56,177 bases of DNA from Myxococcales bacterium. Lineage in GTDB: Bacteria; Myxococcota_A; Polyangia; Polyangiales; SLQV01. The DNA is taken from contig SLEO01000019.1 of assembly GCA_007124745.1 (NCBI GenBank), forward strand, positions 1 to 56,177, in the 5' to 3' direction. Made by a program: the position numbers and the translations under genes. Below are positions 28,748 to 37,833 of this stretch, piece by piece; position 1 is the stretch's first letter; every line of letters begins with the position of its first letter. Below the pieces are notes generated by a model, which was not told the DNA's origin, searched no databases, and saw only the letters and a list, made by a program, of their open reading frames with translations.

Positions 28748-30742
28748 CTAGGCGCGCGCATCGACCACAGATTGGCTTTCGTCGAGACCATCACCCTGGC
28801 GTTCAAGATACCGAAAAATCGTTCGGGGGTCGACGTCAAGGTCACGGGCCGTTTTCGTCCGGTTGCCACCGTTGCGTTCGAGAACCTCAAGCACGTAGCG
28901 CATCTGAAACGCTTCCCTGGCCTCGGCTAACGTCAGCAGAGGCTGACTCGCGCCCTCGAGACCCAGATCTCGCTTATCAATAAGGGGTTTCTCGCAGAGC
29001 ACCACGGCTTTGCGTACGCGGTTCTCAAGCTGCCTTACATTGCCGGGCCACTCATAACTCCGCAACGCATCCAGGGCGTCGGCTGCAAAACCACGTACAT
29101 TGGCGTCGTATTCCGTACTGAAACGCTTCAGGAAGTATTTGGCCAACAGAACGGCGTCTTCGCCGCGTTCGCGCAGCGCGGGTAGGTGGATGTTGATGAC
29201 GTTGAGGCGGTAGAAGAGGTCCTCTCGGAAGGAGCCGTCGGCTTGAGCGGCTTCTAAGTTCTTGTGCGTCGCAGCAATGACGCGGATGTCCACCGTTTGT
29301 GGACGATTCTCACCGAGCCGCGTCACGACGCGGTCTTGGAGTACGCGCAAAAGTTTGACCTGGAGGTTGAGCGGGAGCTCTCCGACCTCATCCAAAAACA
29401 AGGTGCCGCCGTGCGCTGCCTGAAACTTGCCGTCGCGCGTGGTTGCCGCGCCGGTGAACGCGCCTCGGACGTGACCGAAGAGTTCGGACTCCATCAGGTT
29501 TTCAGGAATCGCGCCGCAATTGATGGTCACCAGCGGCCCCTCGCGCCGCTGGGAGCGGCGGTGGATTTCGCGCGCAATAAGCTCCTTGCCTGTTCCCGTC
29601 TCGCCGGTGACAAGCACGGAGACTTCGGTGCGTGCCACCTTTTCAATAGCGCGGAACACGCCGGTCAGGGCCTGGCTCGAACCGATAATGTCACCGAAGC
29701 GTTGGTCGCTTAGCGCTTGCGTCAAGCGCTCCCGGTCCGCCCTCAGGGCGTCGAGGACACGGCTGTTCTGGAGCAGCAGCGCCGCCAGTCCCGCAATGGC
29801 TTGGGTGATTTCGAGATGTGCTTTCGAAAAGGTACGCCCGAGGCCGTCCATGCCGAGATAGATGAGACCAAGAAGCTGGTTCTGGGCCAACAGGGGCACG
29901 CAGAGCAGCGCCGAGAGCTGCAGGCTGATGACCGAGCGGCTACTTGCGAACATCGAATCGTTGACCGCGTCATCAACGATCAGCGCTTGCCGGGTCTCGG
30001 CGACCTTTTTGAGCACACTGTCCGAGAGCTGGCTTTGATGTGCGGGAATCTCCTTGCGCTCAATGTTGCGTGCGACGGCAATCTCGACCTCATCGCCCGC
30101 GAGGAGAACGACAAAGCCTTTGTCAGCCCCGGTTAGTTCGACGGCTCGGTCCAAGATGGCCTCCAGCTGCGACCGCGGCTCGGTCGCCTCCATCAGCCGC
30201 TGCCCTAGCTCGGCGAGCTCGCGCGAGCCCTGGGAAGCGCCCAGGGGTGACGTATCCTGTGTGCTGCTCGCGGACTCGGGCACTGCGAGCAGCGAGAAGT
30301 GAAACGAGACGCCGCCCAGGGAAAACGTGCTCTCATGGTTAAGCCGCAAGCGACGTTTGCGCTTTCCCTGAACGTCGATCTCCGCGTGCTCGTCCAGCGT
30401 ACTCACGACAAAGTCGCGGCCGTTGAAATGCACCTGCGCATGGTACTGCGCGATGCCCTTGTGCCCGTCGTCTACAGCGATGTCATTGCCCTGAGCCCGG
30501 CCAAGGGTCGTGGTGGTCTTGTACAGCCACGCAATGCGAGGAACGCCCGAGGGCTCGGTGAAGCGAAGACAGGCCACCTGATGATGGTAGATGGCCCGCC
30601 CGATTTTGCCAGCCGTAACCGTTCGGAACGAGCTTTTGCCCTGCCAAACGCTACCCGCAGAGGGGGCTGCCCGTGGGACCTGCCGCCCGGGACCTCTCTT
30701 TCGGCACGTGTCCCGGTTCGCAGACTCCCTAGCAGGCTGCAC
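28748..30742 (-). CDS. sigma-54-dependent transcriptional activator with FHA and GAF sensory domains
   Basis: It has an FHA block ([12 protein letters not shown]...YHAQV), a GAF-like region, and an AAA+ core with [14 protein letters not shown] and FLDEVGEL. There is a C-terminal Fis-type HTH ([20 protein letters not shown]). The start is uncertain. Confidence 0.88.
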   Translation of the reverse strand: MQPARESANRDTCRKRGPGRQVPRAAPSAGSVWQGKSSFRTVTAGKIGRAIYHHQVACLRFTEPSGVPRIAWLYKTTTTLGRAQGNDIAVDDGHKGIAQYHAQVHFNGRDFVVSTLDEHAEIDVQGKRKRRLRLNHESTFSLGGVSFHFSLLAVPESASSTQDTSPLGASQGSRELAELGQRLMEATEPRSQLEAILDRAVELTGADKGFVVLLAGDEVEIAVARNIERKEIPAHQSQLSDSVLKKVAETRQALIVDDAVNDSMFASSRSVISLQLSALLCVPLLAQNQLLGLIYLGMDGLGRTFSKAHLEITQAIAGLAALLLQNSRVLDALRADRERLTQALSDQRFGDIIGSSQALTGVFRAIEKVARTEVSVLVTGETGTGKELIAREIHRRSQRREGPLVTINCGAIPENLMESELFGHVRGAFTGAATTRDGKFQAAHGGTLFLDEVGELPLNLQVKLLRVLQDRVVTRLGENRPQTVDIRVIAATHKNLEAAQADGSFREDLFYRLNVINIHLPALRERGEDAVLLAKYFLKRFSTEYDANVRGFAADALDALRSYEWPGNVRQLENRVRKAVVLCEKPLIDKRDLGLEGASQPLLTLAEAREAFQMRYVLEVLERNGGNRTKTARDLDVDPRTIFRYLERQGDGLDESQSVVDARA

Positions 30743-30758
30743 ACACGAAAAGCGTCGC

Positions 30759-31805
30759 TCACTGCCGAGGCGAGGCGAGGAGAATCAAGATGGCGGTTTC
30801 GTTGGGCGCCACATCCCGCCGGTTGCCGCGTACCGTCGCGATTCCGGCGTATTTCATGACCGGGTTGAAGGTCGGCTCCAGGCGTGCCGCTTCTCGAAGC
30901 GTCGTGGCGACCGTCATCACGCCGGAAAGTTTTTCATAGGCGATGGCGAAGTCGCGTAGCTTGCCGACGCCTAAGCCTACGGTCGCTTCTTGGTTTAAGG
31001 AGTCATCTTTGAAGAAGGTTTCGAGCGCTGTGTTGGCAGCCTCGACGAGGTTGCCGTCGACCTCCAGGGGCACCGCACCCCGGGCACGTCGCCCGCTGTT
31101 GATGAGCCTCAGTAAGTCGCCGGGCGCGGTACTGAGTTCTATCGGCGGCGTCAACCGCACGTACACCTGCGTCGCGTAGATCATCGTGCCGTAGTCGTCC
31201 GTGCGCGTCGCGACGCCGAGGCCGAGATGCGTCACGTCAGGATTGAGAAGGTTAGCGCGCTGCCCTGCAGCGGAAAGTGTTTGCCTCGTTAGCTCGAGTA
31301 CGTCGCGCCCCCGCGAGACATTCTCGAGCACAAGACCGCTCTCGAAACCCGCAAGCTCGACGCGTTTGCCTGGCGTTGTGCCGTCGGAGCCTTCGTGAAA
31401 CAGCGATTGGCGCTGGAGCATGACCTCACTGTGGCTGCGGGCGACCTCATTCAACTTTTCGTGCTGATCGAGGGTATCTAAGCCCTGTTGCGTGCGAAAC
31501 TCCAGCAAAGCCTTGCGCAAGTCGAGCTCAATCGCGCGTTTTCGAACCCCAGCATCGGTGGACACCGTGTCGTAGTTGCGTCCCTGCCCGCCACCGCAAC
31601 CCGCCCCCAGAACACCCCAAGAAGCTGGCAGGAGACCTATCAGGACCGCCAAAGCCACCCGCCCGCAGTGTTCCCGGCTACCTCCAGGACACCGCACTGC
31701 GATATCCGGTGCGCCCGCCGCGGCGCCTGAGAGGTGAGGCCTGCGCCATGCGAACAAGCCATCGGTGCCACGCCGGGCGCAGCGAATCGAAGTTAAGACA
31801 GGCAT
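30759..31805 (-). CDS. CAP/SCP (YkwD-like) domain lipoprotein
   Basis: It has a lipobox (VLGAGC) and two CAP-like segments (GLDTLDQHEKLNEVARSHSEVM...FHEG and RRARGAVPLEVDGNLVEAAN). The ORF is open to 31940 but would then overlap the upstream gene, so the start is set at the internal ATG. Confidence 0.6.
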   Translation of the reverse strand: MPVLTSIRCARRGTDGLFAWRRPHLSGAAAGAPDIAVRCPGGSREHCGRVALAVLIGLLPASWGVLGAGCGGGQGRNYDTVSTDAGVRKRAIELDLRKALLEFRTQQGLDTLDQHEKLNEVARSHSEVMLQRQSLFHEGSDGTTPGKRVELAGFESGLVLENVSRGRDVLELTRQTLSAAGQRANLLNPDVTHLGLGVATRTDDYGTMIYATQVYVRLTPPIELSTAPGDLLRLINSGRRARGAVPLEVDGNLVEAANTALETFFKDDSLNQEATVGLGVGKLRDFAIAYEKLSGVMTVATTLREAARLEPTFNPVMKYAGIATVRGNRRDVAPNETAILILLASPRQ

Positions 31806-31902
31806 AGGACGTGTGCGCAATACACCATAGGATGACGTAGGTATTCGGGGGAGACCACACTTTCCTCCCCCGGGCCTGTCCGCGCTCGGCTGGAAGCCGG
31901 CG

Positions 31903-32313
31903 TCACATGTGCTCAACGGGGTTGCCGGAGAGGTCGACAAACTTGAAGCCTCCGCGCACCAGGAAGCCCGGGCCCAGGTCTGAAACTACGGTCACATCCG
32001 CGGTACCCGGCTCGGTGACCGTGGGAGGGCGCGCAACCAGCGTGTTGGCGTCCATGTAGGCCACGTCCTGGGCTTTGGCTTTGCCAAAATAGACGGAATA
32101 GCCGACTTCAGGTTTGAAGCCTTGCCCGATGATCTTGACCTGAGACTGGGTACGGTAGTCGGCGACTGTCGGCTCAATCCCTGAGACTGCGAAGCGGTCG
32201 GAATCGCAAGCGATGCCACCGCAAAGAAGGAGCAGCACGCTCAGGCGCTGCAGGGTGCGGAACGCCCGCGGCGCTAGCCAATGCAGATGATGTGACTCTC
32301 GCTTCGCCCTCAT
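31903..32313 (-). CDS. IPT/TIG domain lipoprotein
   Basis: It has a lipobox (LLLCGGIAC), followed by the ISGIEPT...VKIIGQGF...ADVTVV pattern of an IPT/TIG immunoglobulin-like fold. Confidence 0.68.
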   Translation of the reverse strand: MRAKRESHHLHWLAPRAFRTLQRLSVLLLLCGGIACDSDRFAVSGIEPTVADYRTQSQVKIIGQGFKPEVGYSVYFGKAKAQDVAYMDANTLVARPPTVTEPGTADVTVVSDLGPGFLVRGGFKFVDLSGNPVEHM

Positions 32314-32463
32314 TCCTACGAGGGTAGAAGGCTTGCGGATGCGCCGTCAAGCGCATCAGCACGCCGACACGGCCCGCGCCTTGAGTGAGGCCAAGCCAAC
32401 CGAGCGCAGGGAACGCTTGACAGACGGGATAGGGATTTCGCACTCTCTAGAGGTGAGTCGAAT

Positions 32464-34833
32464 GTGGTCACTAAGCGAATTCTGCTGGTAGATGCAGACC
32501 CAAGTACGCTGCGCCTCCTGGGCTCAAGCCTGCGTCGAGAGGGTATACGTATCGAAGGGGCCACATCGATGGCGGCGGCGACGGTCGCGCTTGAAACAGG
32601 CGAACGTTTTCAGCTTATCGTCGCCGACAACTGCCTAGCCGACGCGACCGGCGCAGAGATCGTGGAACGGCTGCGTGCCCTCGCGCCGACGACACCGCTC
32701 ATGCTGGTGTCGAGTGACGCGAGCTTGAGTGCCAAAATCCGCGGACTTGAGCTGGGTGTCGAGGACTACCTCACCAAGCCCATCTACCTGAAAGAGGTCG
32801 TCACGCGGGTTCGCCTCGCGCTCGATCGTGTCATGCTTGGTCAGCTTGGCGGTAGCCAGTTCGGTGGCGGTGCGGGAGCGGGGAACACGCGCTTTCACGG
32901 AGCGCTCTCCGAGATGCCTCTGGCCGACTTGATGCAAGCCTTGGAGGTGGCTCGCAAGTCCGGGGCGCTGAGGCTCCGTTCGAGCCGCGGGCAGGGTCTC
33001 ATCGTGTTGAGATCGGGCAAGGTTGTGCATGCCACTCTCGGGGCGCTCGAGGGCGAAGCCGCGGTTTGCCGCCTTCTGCTCTGGGAAGGTGGTGATTTCG
33101 AGGTGGATTTTGCGGGCGGTGAACACGCGCCGACAAGCGTTCGCACGTCCGTCTCGGGCCTGCTGATGGAAGGCATGCGCAGACTCGATGAGTGGCGGCG
33201 TCTCAGCGCTCTTCTGCCGTCACTTGATGCCCATTACCGTCTCCGGGCGGAAGTCGCGCTTGGCGCTGAACCACACGGGCTGCTCGTCGGTGCCGAGTTT
33301 CCTAATGCGCCCCAGATTCTCGATGCATTCTGCGTTGCCGAAGGGCGGGTTTCGCTACTATCGTTCATCGACGGTTGCCTTGAAGATGACCTTGAGGTGC
33401 TCGGTTGCCTCGCTCGATGCTACGCCGCGGATCTTTTGGAGGAGGTCCCATCTGCCAGCGCCGTCGCGCTCGATGCTTTTGCGGATGGCTCTGCCCTCGA
33501 CCATGCTTGGGATTCTCTGGTGCCGCTGGCTCCGTTGCTGACGGCGCCCTCTGCGCCGCCGGAGTACCAAAGGCTGGAACCGAGCGGTCCGCACCGAGTC
33601 GAAGTCAGCGCCGCCGAAAAAGCGGGGCGAGCTAGCACGGCGCCGCCGTGCCTCTCTCCGCCGTTCTCGAGTCCACCAAGTTCCAGTGTTATGTCCAGTC
33701 GTCCCCGCAAGTCAGCGTCTAGTGCCTCAGAAGAAACTTCGGAGCGCTCGGCTGTGCGAGAAAGTGCGGGGGATGCTGAGGTAGACACGGCGGAGATTCG
33801 GCGCAGAGACAGCGTCGACCCAGGCCCTGAACACGCGCTAAGCGAGGCCTTTTTTGAGGAAGGCGAACGACGTTACTCCCAGCCACCCCCTGAAGGTTCC
33901 GACGCACATGCCGTCGCTGCGGAGGAAAGCGACCTTGCGGCCGTGCTCGCTGCATCACCTCCCCTGAGTGAGGAGGACCACCGCGCGCGCCGGGTGATCG
34001 CTTGGTCACTCACCCTCTTCCTCTGCGCGAGTCTAGCGTTCTTGGTTTACAACAAGTGGTATTTGCCTCAACCAGCGCCTTTGGTTTCCGGCTCCGGACG
34101 GACGCTCGCTCAGCAGGAGGCTAGCGGGGAAGCCGAGGTGTTGCCCCCTGAGCAGGCAGCAAAATCCAACGCGGCTGAGGGTCCGGCGCCGGACACCGCC
34201 ACAAGCGATGCGCCCAGTGGATCCGTCGCTGCGGAGGCAGCTAGCGACGGTGAGCGGGCGGAAGAGCCGTTGAACTTCGACGAAGCTGGCGAGGTCGCGC
34301 AGCTTGACCCGAGCGAGGTAGCGGCTCGGACGGCAGAGATCGGCGACACTGCGGTCGTTGACGAAGGCGCGGATTCCCCGGACAGTGCGCCGTCCGAAGA
34401 GGACGTCGCCGAGTTGGGCGGAACGACGAAGCGAGCGCTTCTCCCTCCGCCAAGCACACCGCGGATAGCTGCGAGACCTGCCACCGCGGCGGAAGCGAGC
34501 GCCCTCAAGAATGCGGAATCGGAGTTGAAGCGTGGCAGGCTTCGTACAGCGGAAGTCAAGTTCCAAGCGCTCATCGGTGGTGAGAGCAGCGCCGCCGCCA
34601 AAGCGCTTTCCGGATTAGCGATGGTCAAGCTTCAGCAGACGAAGTCAACGGAAGCTGAGCGCCTCGCGCGGCGCGCTGTCGAGGCCAACCCGGCAGACTC
34701 TCGAGGATGGATCGTGCTGGGGGCAGCGCTCCAAGAGCTTGGGCGGAAATCCGAAGCATTCGACGCCTACGCTGCCTGCGTCAGTCAGGGCGAGGGAGCC
34801 TACGTGACTGAGTGTAAGCGCATGCGCCGCTAA
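32464..34833 (+). CDS. response regulator receiver - DUF4388 (PATAN) - transmembrane helix - TPR protein
   Basis: GTG start. The REC domain has the DAD, LIVAD, MLVSS and TKP positions. There is a DUF4388 block (LSEMPLADLMQALEVARKSGALRL...GEAAVCRLLLWEGGDFEVDF) and one hydrophobic helix (VIAWSLTLFLCASLAFLVY). The C-terminus carries TPR-like repeats. Confidence 0.8.
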   Translation: MVTKRILLVDADPSTLRLLGSSLRREGIRIEGATSMAAATVALETGERFQLIVADNCLADATGAEIVERLRALAPTTPLMLVSSDASLSAKIRGLELGVEDYLTKPIYLKEVVTRVRLALDRVMLGQLGGSQFGGGAGAGNTRFHGALSEMPLADLMQALEVARKSGALRLRSSRGQGLIVLRSGKVVHATLGALEGEAAVCRLLLWEGGDFEVDFAGGEHAPTSVRTSVSGLLMEGMRRLDEWRRLSALLPSLDAHYRLRAEVALGAEPHGLLVGAEFPNAPQILDAFCVAEGRVSLLSFIDGCLEDDLEVLGCLARCYAADLLEEVPSASAVALDAFADGSALDHAWDSLVPLAPLLTAPSAPPEYQRLEPSGPHRVEVSAAEKAGRASTAPPCLSPPFSSPPSSSVMSSRPRKSASSASEETSERSAVRESAGDAEVDTAEIRRRDSVDPGPEHALSEAFFEEGERRYSQPPPEGSDAHAVAAEESDLAAVLAASPPLSEEDHRARRVIAWSLTLFLCASLAFLVYNKWYLPQPAPLVSGSGRTLAQQEASGEAEVLPPEQAAKSNAAEGPAPDTATSDAPSGSVAAEAASDGERAEEPLNFDEAGEVAQLDPSEVAARTAEIGDTAVVDEGADSPDSAPSEEDVAELGGTTKRALLPPPSTPRIAARPATAAEASALKNAESELKRGRLRTAEVKFQALIGGESSAAAKALSGLAMVKLQQTKSTEAERLARRAVEANPADSRGWIVLGAALQELGRKSEAFDAYAACVSQGEGAYVTECKRMRR

Positions 34834-34922
34834 GGTGCGCGCAGCGCAGAGCATTCACGCTTCCGTATAAGCAGCGCATCAAGCAGAAGCGAGCAACACT
34901 GTCTCCTGCCCCGCACGCCGCG

Positions 34923-35366
34923 CTAGGCAAGCAGGTGGACGAGCGCCTTCACGCTTTGAATATGCACGAGGGATACCGCGATGTAGGCGGCGAAGACCAC
35001 TAGGGCACCGACAAGGGCGAAGCGATTCCAGCGCAGACGCCACATCACTAGCGTGCCCGCGGAGACGAGTGCCAGCTTTGCCGCGAGAAAAACGTGCGGT
35101 CCTTGTTCAAGAGCCGCGGCCATGACGGGGTTGGCTTCCACCGCAAGACCGGTACTCACCACACCGAGCGTGAGCAACGCATCCATCAAGTTGAGAAGCC
35201 AGGTGGAAATGAGAAGCGTTCGCAGCCACTCTTCGCTGCCCGACGGCAGCGTCAGCCGCAACCCCCAAGGGCTGGCGGTAGCGTCTAGCGTCATTGGGCG
35301 TGGCATGCTCAGTAGTCTTCCAATCACCTGCGACCTCCAGCAACCATGTTGCAAAAAGCCCGCCAT
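34923..35366 (-). CDS. DUF5658-like small membrane protein
   Basis: There are four hydrophobic helices and the NLMDALLTLGVV...GLAVEANPVM pattern. Confidence 0.55.
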   Translation of the reverse strand: MAGFLQHGCWRSQVIGRLLSMPRPMTLDATASPWGLRLTLPSGSEEWLRTLLISTWLLNLMDALLTLGVVSTGLAVEANPVMAAALEQGPHVFLAAKLALVSAGTLVMWRLRWNRFALVGALVVFAAYIAVSLVHIQSVKALVHLLA

Positions 35367-35596
35367 CGAGTCGCAGTCACAGCGTTGTGCGTCGATATCT
35401 GAAAAGCCCGGCTAAGGCGGCGTTTCCCACTTCCGCCGCGCGCCGTTCGAGCGGCCACCCGTGTAGACAACCGACCCACTCTCTGCGCCGGCGCATACAT
35501 CGTCCCAGCAATCAAGGCGGGCTGTGGGCGCCAGCCCCCAAGCGTTGGCCCGGGGGACCACACTTCGGCACGAGGATCTGCCGCGCTGCTGCTGCG

Positions 35597-36211
35597 CTAT
35601 CCTGCGAGGGCTGCGAGCGCTGCGCGCAGTCGTGCCTCGAGCGTATTGTCTTCAGTGGGCCCGAGACGAAGGAGGGTCTCGTTAGCTTGAGCCTCACGGT
35701 AGCCAAGCTGCACCAACGCGGAGACGACCTGCGCGTCAATGCCCGTCGCGCTTTGGTCTATCCCGGCCGCGGGACCCGCCGCCGCGAATGCGGGCGCTAC
35801 TTTCCCCTTAAGGTCGAGGAACAGCCGGCTGACGGTTTTGGGGCCAACGCCGCTAATCCCCTTAAAGGCTTTTGCGTCCTCCCTGGCAACAGCGCTAGCG
35901 AGTCCTGCCAGACCCAGCCGGTCGAGAATAGCGAGCGCCAGTTTGGGGCCCACCGAGTTAACGGTGAGCAGCAGGCGGAAAGCGTCGCGTGCTGCGAGGC
36001 TTTCGAAGCCAAAGAGGCTGAGCTGGTCTTCGCGGACGTGGGTGTGTACATAGAGCGTAACGGCAGCGCCCTGCAGCGCGCCGTCGCTAGCTCTCATCCG
36101 GGAAAGCGCTTCCGGGCCCACACTAAGCTCGTAGCCAACACCGCCAACGTCGACGATGGCGATGCCGTCGGCGCCTCCATCGCGAAGCACGCCCCGTAAA
36201 CTCCCGATCAC
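35597..36211 (-). CDS. ruvA: Holliday junction branch migration complex subunit RuvA
   Basis: Starts MIGSLRGVL. It has HhH motifs (GVGPKLA, GVGPKTV) and a C-terminal domain III. Confidence 0.92.
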   Translation of the reverse strand: MIGSLRGVLRDGGADGIAIVDVGGVGYELSVGPEALSRMRASDGALQGAAVTLYVHTHVREDQLSLFGFESLAARDAFRLLLTVNSVGPKLALAILDRLGLAGLASAVAREDAKAFKGISGVGPKTVSRLFLDLKGKVAPAFAAAGPAAGIDQSATGIDAQVVSALVQLGYREAQANETLLRLGPTEDNTLEARLRAALAALAG

Positions 36212-36294
36212 CGCGAAGACATAACACTACGCCCAGTGCGAGGGAAGCCCTCCTCTGCGTAGCGCCCTTGGCGTACGCTGCCCCGCCAAGCGAG

Positions 36295-36846
36295 CTAAGC
36301 GGGGCGGCGCCAGACGGCGGATGTAGTGTGGGTGCCGCTAAAGGGCGCGAGCGCGCTCAGGTTGCGAGAGCCCGCGAGAGCCAGCGCGAGGGCATCGGTG
36401 GCGTCGATGGCCGGGAGTTTTTCGAGGCGCAGCAGAGCCCCGACATGCGCGGCAACCTGGCGTTTGTCGGCCTGGCCGTGGCCCGCCACCGCGCGCTTGA
36501 CTAGCGCGGGGGATAGCGTCTGTATGGTGACCGCGTGGCACGCGAGGGTGGCGAGGACAACGCCCCGTGCGTGGCCCAGCTGTAGGGCGGCACGGGCATG
36601 TTTGGCGATGAAGATTTCTTCAACCACCGCCGTGCGCGGTGCGTAGCGCTCAACGATGGTGACCAGTTGCGCCTGAAGCGCCGCTAGCCTGTCCGCAAGT
36701 CCCCCCGCGCCAAGTCGAATGACGCCCGCGGCGACGCCAGTTGCGCGGCCGCGCACGTCGCAATCGATGACGCCCCAGCCTGTAGCCCGCGTGCCTGGGT
36801 CGATACCCAAGAGGCGATGCGCGCAGGCCGGGTTAGGATGCATCAT
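36295..36846 (-). CDS. ruvC: crossover junction endodeoxyribonuclease RuvC
   Basis: Contains LLGIDPGTRATGWGV and EEIF, plus a C-terminal DATDALALA block. It overlaps yebC by 14 bp. Confidence 0.92.
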   Translation of the reverse strand: MMHPNPACAHRLLGIDPGTRATGWGVIDCDVRGRATGVAAGVIRLGAGGLADRLAALQAQLVTIVERYAPRTAVVEEIFIAKHARAALQLGHARGVVLATLACHAVTIQTLSPALVKRAVAGHGQADKRQVAAHVGALLRLEKLPAIDATDALALALAGSRNLSALAPFSGTHTTSAVWRRPA

Positions 36847-37579
36847 CTAGGAGAGTGTCGTCGGGTTCAAACTCGGAGAACACCGCCTGGACATCGTCAT
36901 GATTCTCCAGCGCGTCCAGCAGCGCAAGAAGCCGGCGGCCTTCATCGCCCCCCAGCTGCTTCACCGTCTTCGGAACCCACCCCAGGCGCGCTTCTTCAAC
37001 TTCGATGTGCGCTGTTTCGAGAGCCTCACTCACCGCATCGAATGCCTCTTTCGGGGTGAGTACGCGAAAGTGCTCTCCCTCCTGGGTGATGTCTTCGGCG
37101 CCCGCCGACGCCGCCACCTCGAAGAGGCGCTCTTCGCTCACTGAGGCCTCCGCAAGGTCAATGATTCCGCGCTCATCGAAGGCCCATAACGCAGACCCAG
37201 ATGTCGAGAGTTGCCCTGCATGCTTATCGAAGATCTTACGCAACTCCGGCGCCGTGCGATTGCGATTGTCCGTGAGGCTCTGCACGACGAAAAGCACGCC
37301 GCCCCCGGCGACGCCCTCGTAGGTCAGTTCTTCGTAGCTGATGCCCTCAAGCTCGCCGGTCCCCCGCTTAATGGCACGCTGGATATTGTCCGCTGGCATA
37401 TTCTGGCTACGCGCGAGGTCGAGCGCCCGCCGCAGCCGCGGATTGGCGGCGGCATCCCCGCCACCGTCACGGGCCGCAATCGTGATCTCCTTGATCACTT
37501 TCGTAAAGATTTTGCCGCGTTTTGCATCCTGAGCACCTTTTCGGTGCCGGATGGTGCTCCACTTCGAATGTCCCGACAT
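36833..37579 (-). CDS. yebC: YebC/PmpR family DNA-binding transcriptional regulator
   Basis: Has the family-defining N-terminus MSGHSKWSTIRHRKGAQDAKRGKIFTK. Confidence 0.93.
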   Translation of the reverse strand: MSGHSKWSTIRHRKGAQDAKRGKIFTKVIKEITIAARDGGGDAAANPRLRRALDLARSQNMPADNIQRAIKRGTGELEGISYEELTYEGVAGGGVLFVVQSLTDNRNRTAPELRKIFDKHAGQLSTSGSALWAFDERGIIDLAEASVSEERLFEVAASAGAEDITQEGEHFRVLTPKEAFDAVSEALETAHIEVEEARLGWVPKTVKQLGGDEGRRLLALLDALENHDDVQAVFSEFEPDDTLLDDAS

Positions 37580-37642
37580 GACGCAACCAGCCTAGCAGAG
37601 ACAGGAACCGGACTCATCTATCCGCGAGGCTGTCCTTCGCCC

Positions 37643-37799
37643 GTAACCGTTCAGGGGGCATTTTAGCAAAATGCCCCCGGGTGTTCGGGAGTGAATCCCG
37701 AACACCCTCCCCCAAAAACCTAAAGCTGCGCGTGGGGCCCCACCGCCCACTTGCTCTTTCCCGCAGTGTTTTTGCTTTCTCTACCCCCTGAACGCTTAC
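37643..37799 (+). mobile_element. MITE-like element, family A, copy 2 (157 bp, best-preserved copy)
   Basis: The 16-bp TIRs are GTAACCGTTCAGGGGG (37643-37658) and CCCCCTGAACGCTTAC (37784-37799), 15 of 16 complementary. They are flanked by identical 8-bp CTTCGCCC at 37635-37642 and 37800-37807. Internally there is a perfect 11-bp-stem hairpin GGGGGCATTTT-AGC-AAAATGCCCCC (37654-37678). Confidence 0.75.
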
Positions 37800-37833
37800 C
37801 TTCGCCCAGGGCCGGCGCGACCCGGGAGAAGGT

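Noticed and set aside
37654-37678. The perfect 11-bp-stem hairpin as a Rho-independent terminator of the di-iron protein gene.
   Set aside because: No T/U tract follows it on either strand, and the hairpin is a conserved internal part of the family A repeat. Any terminator activity would be secondary and is untested.
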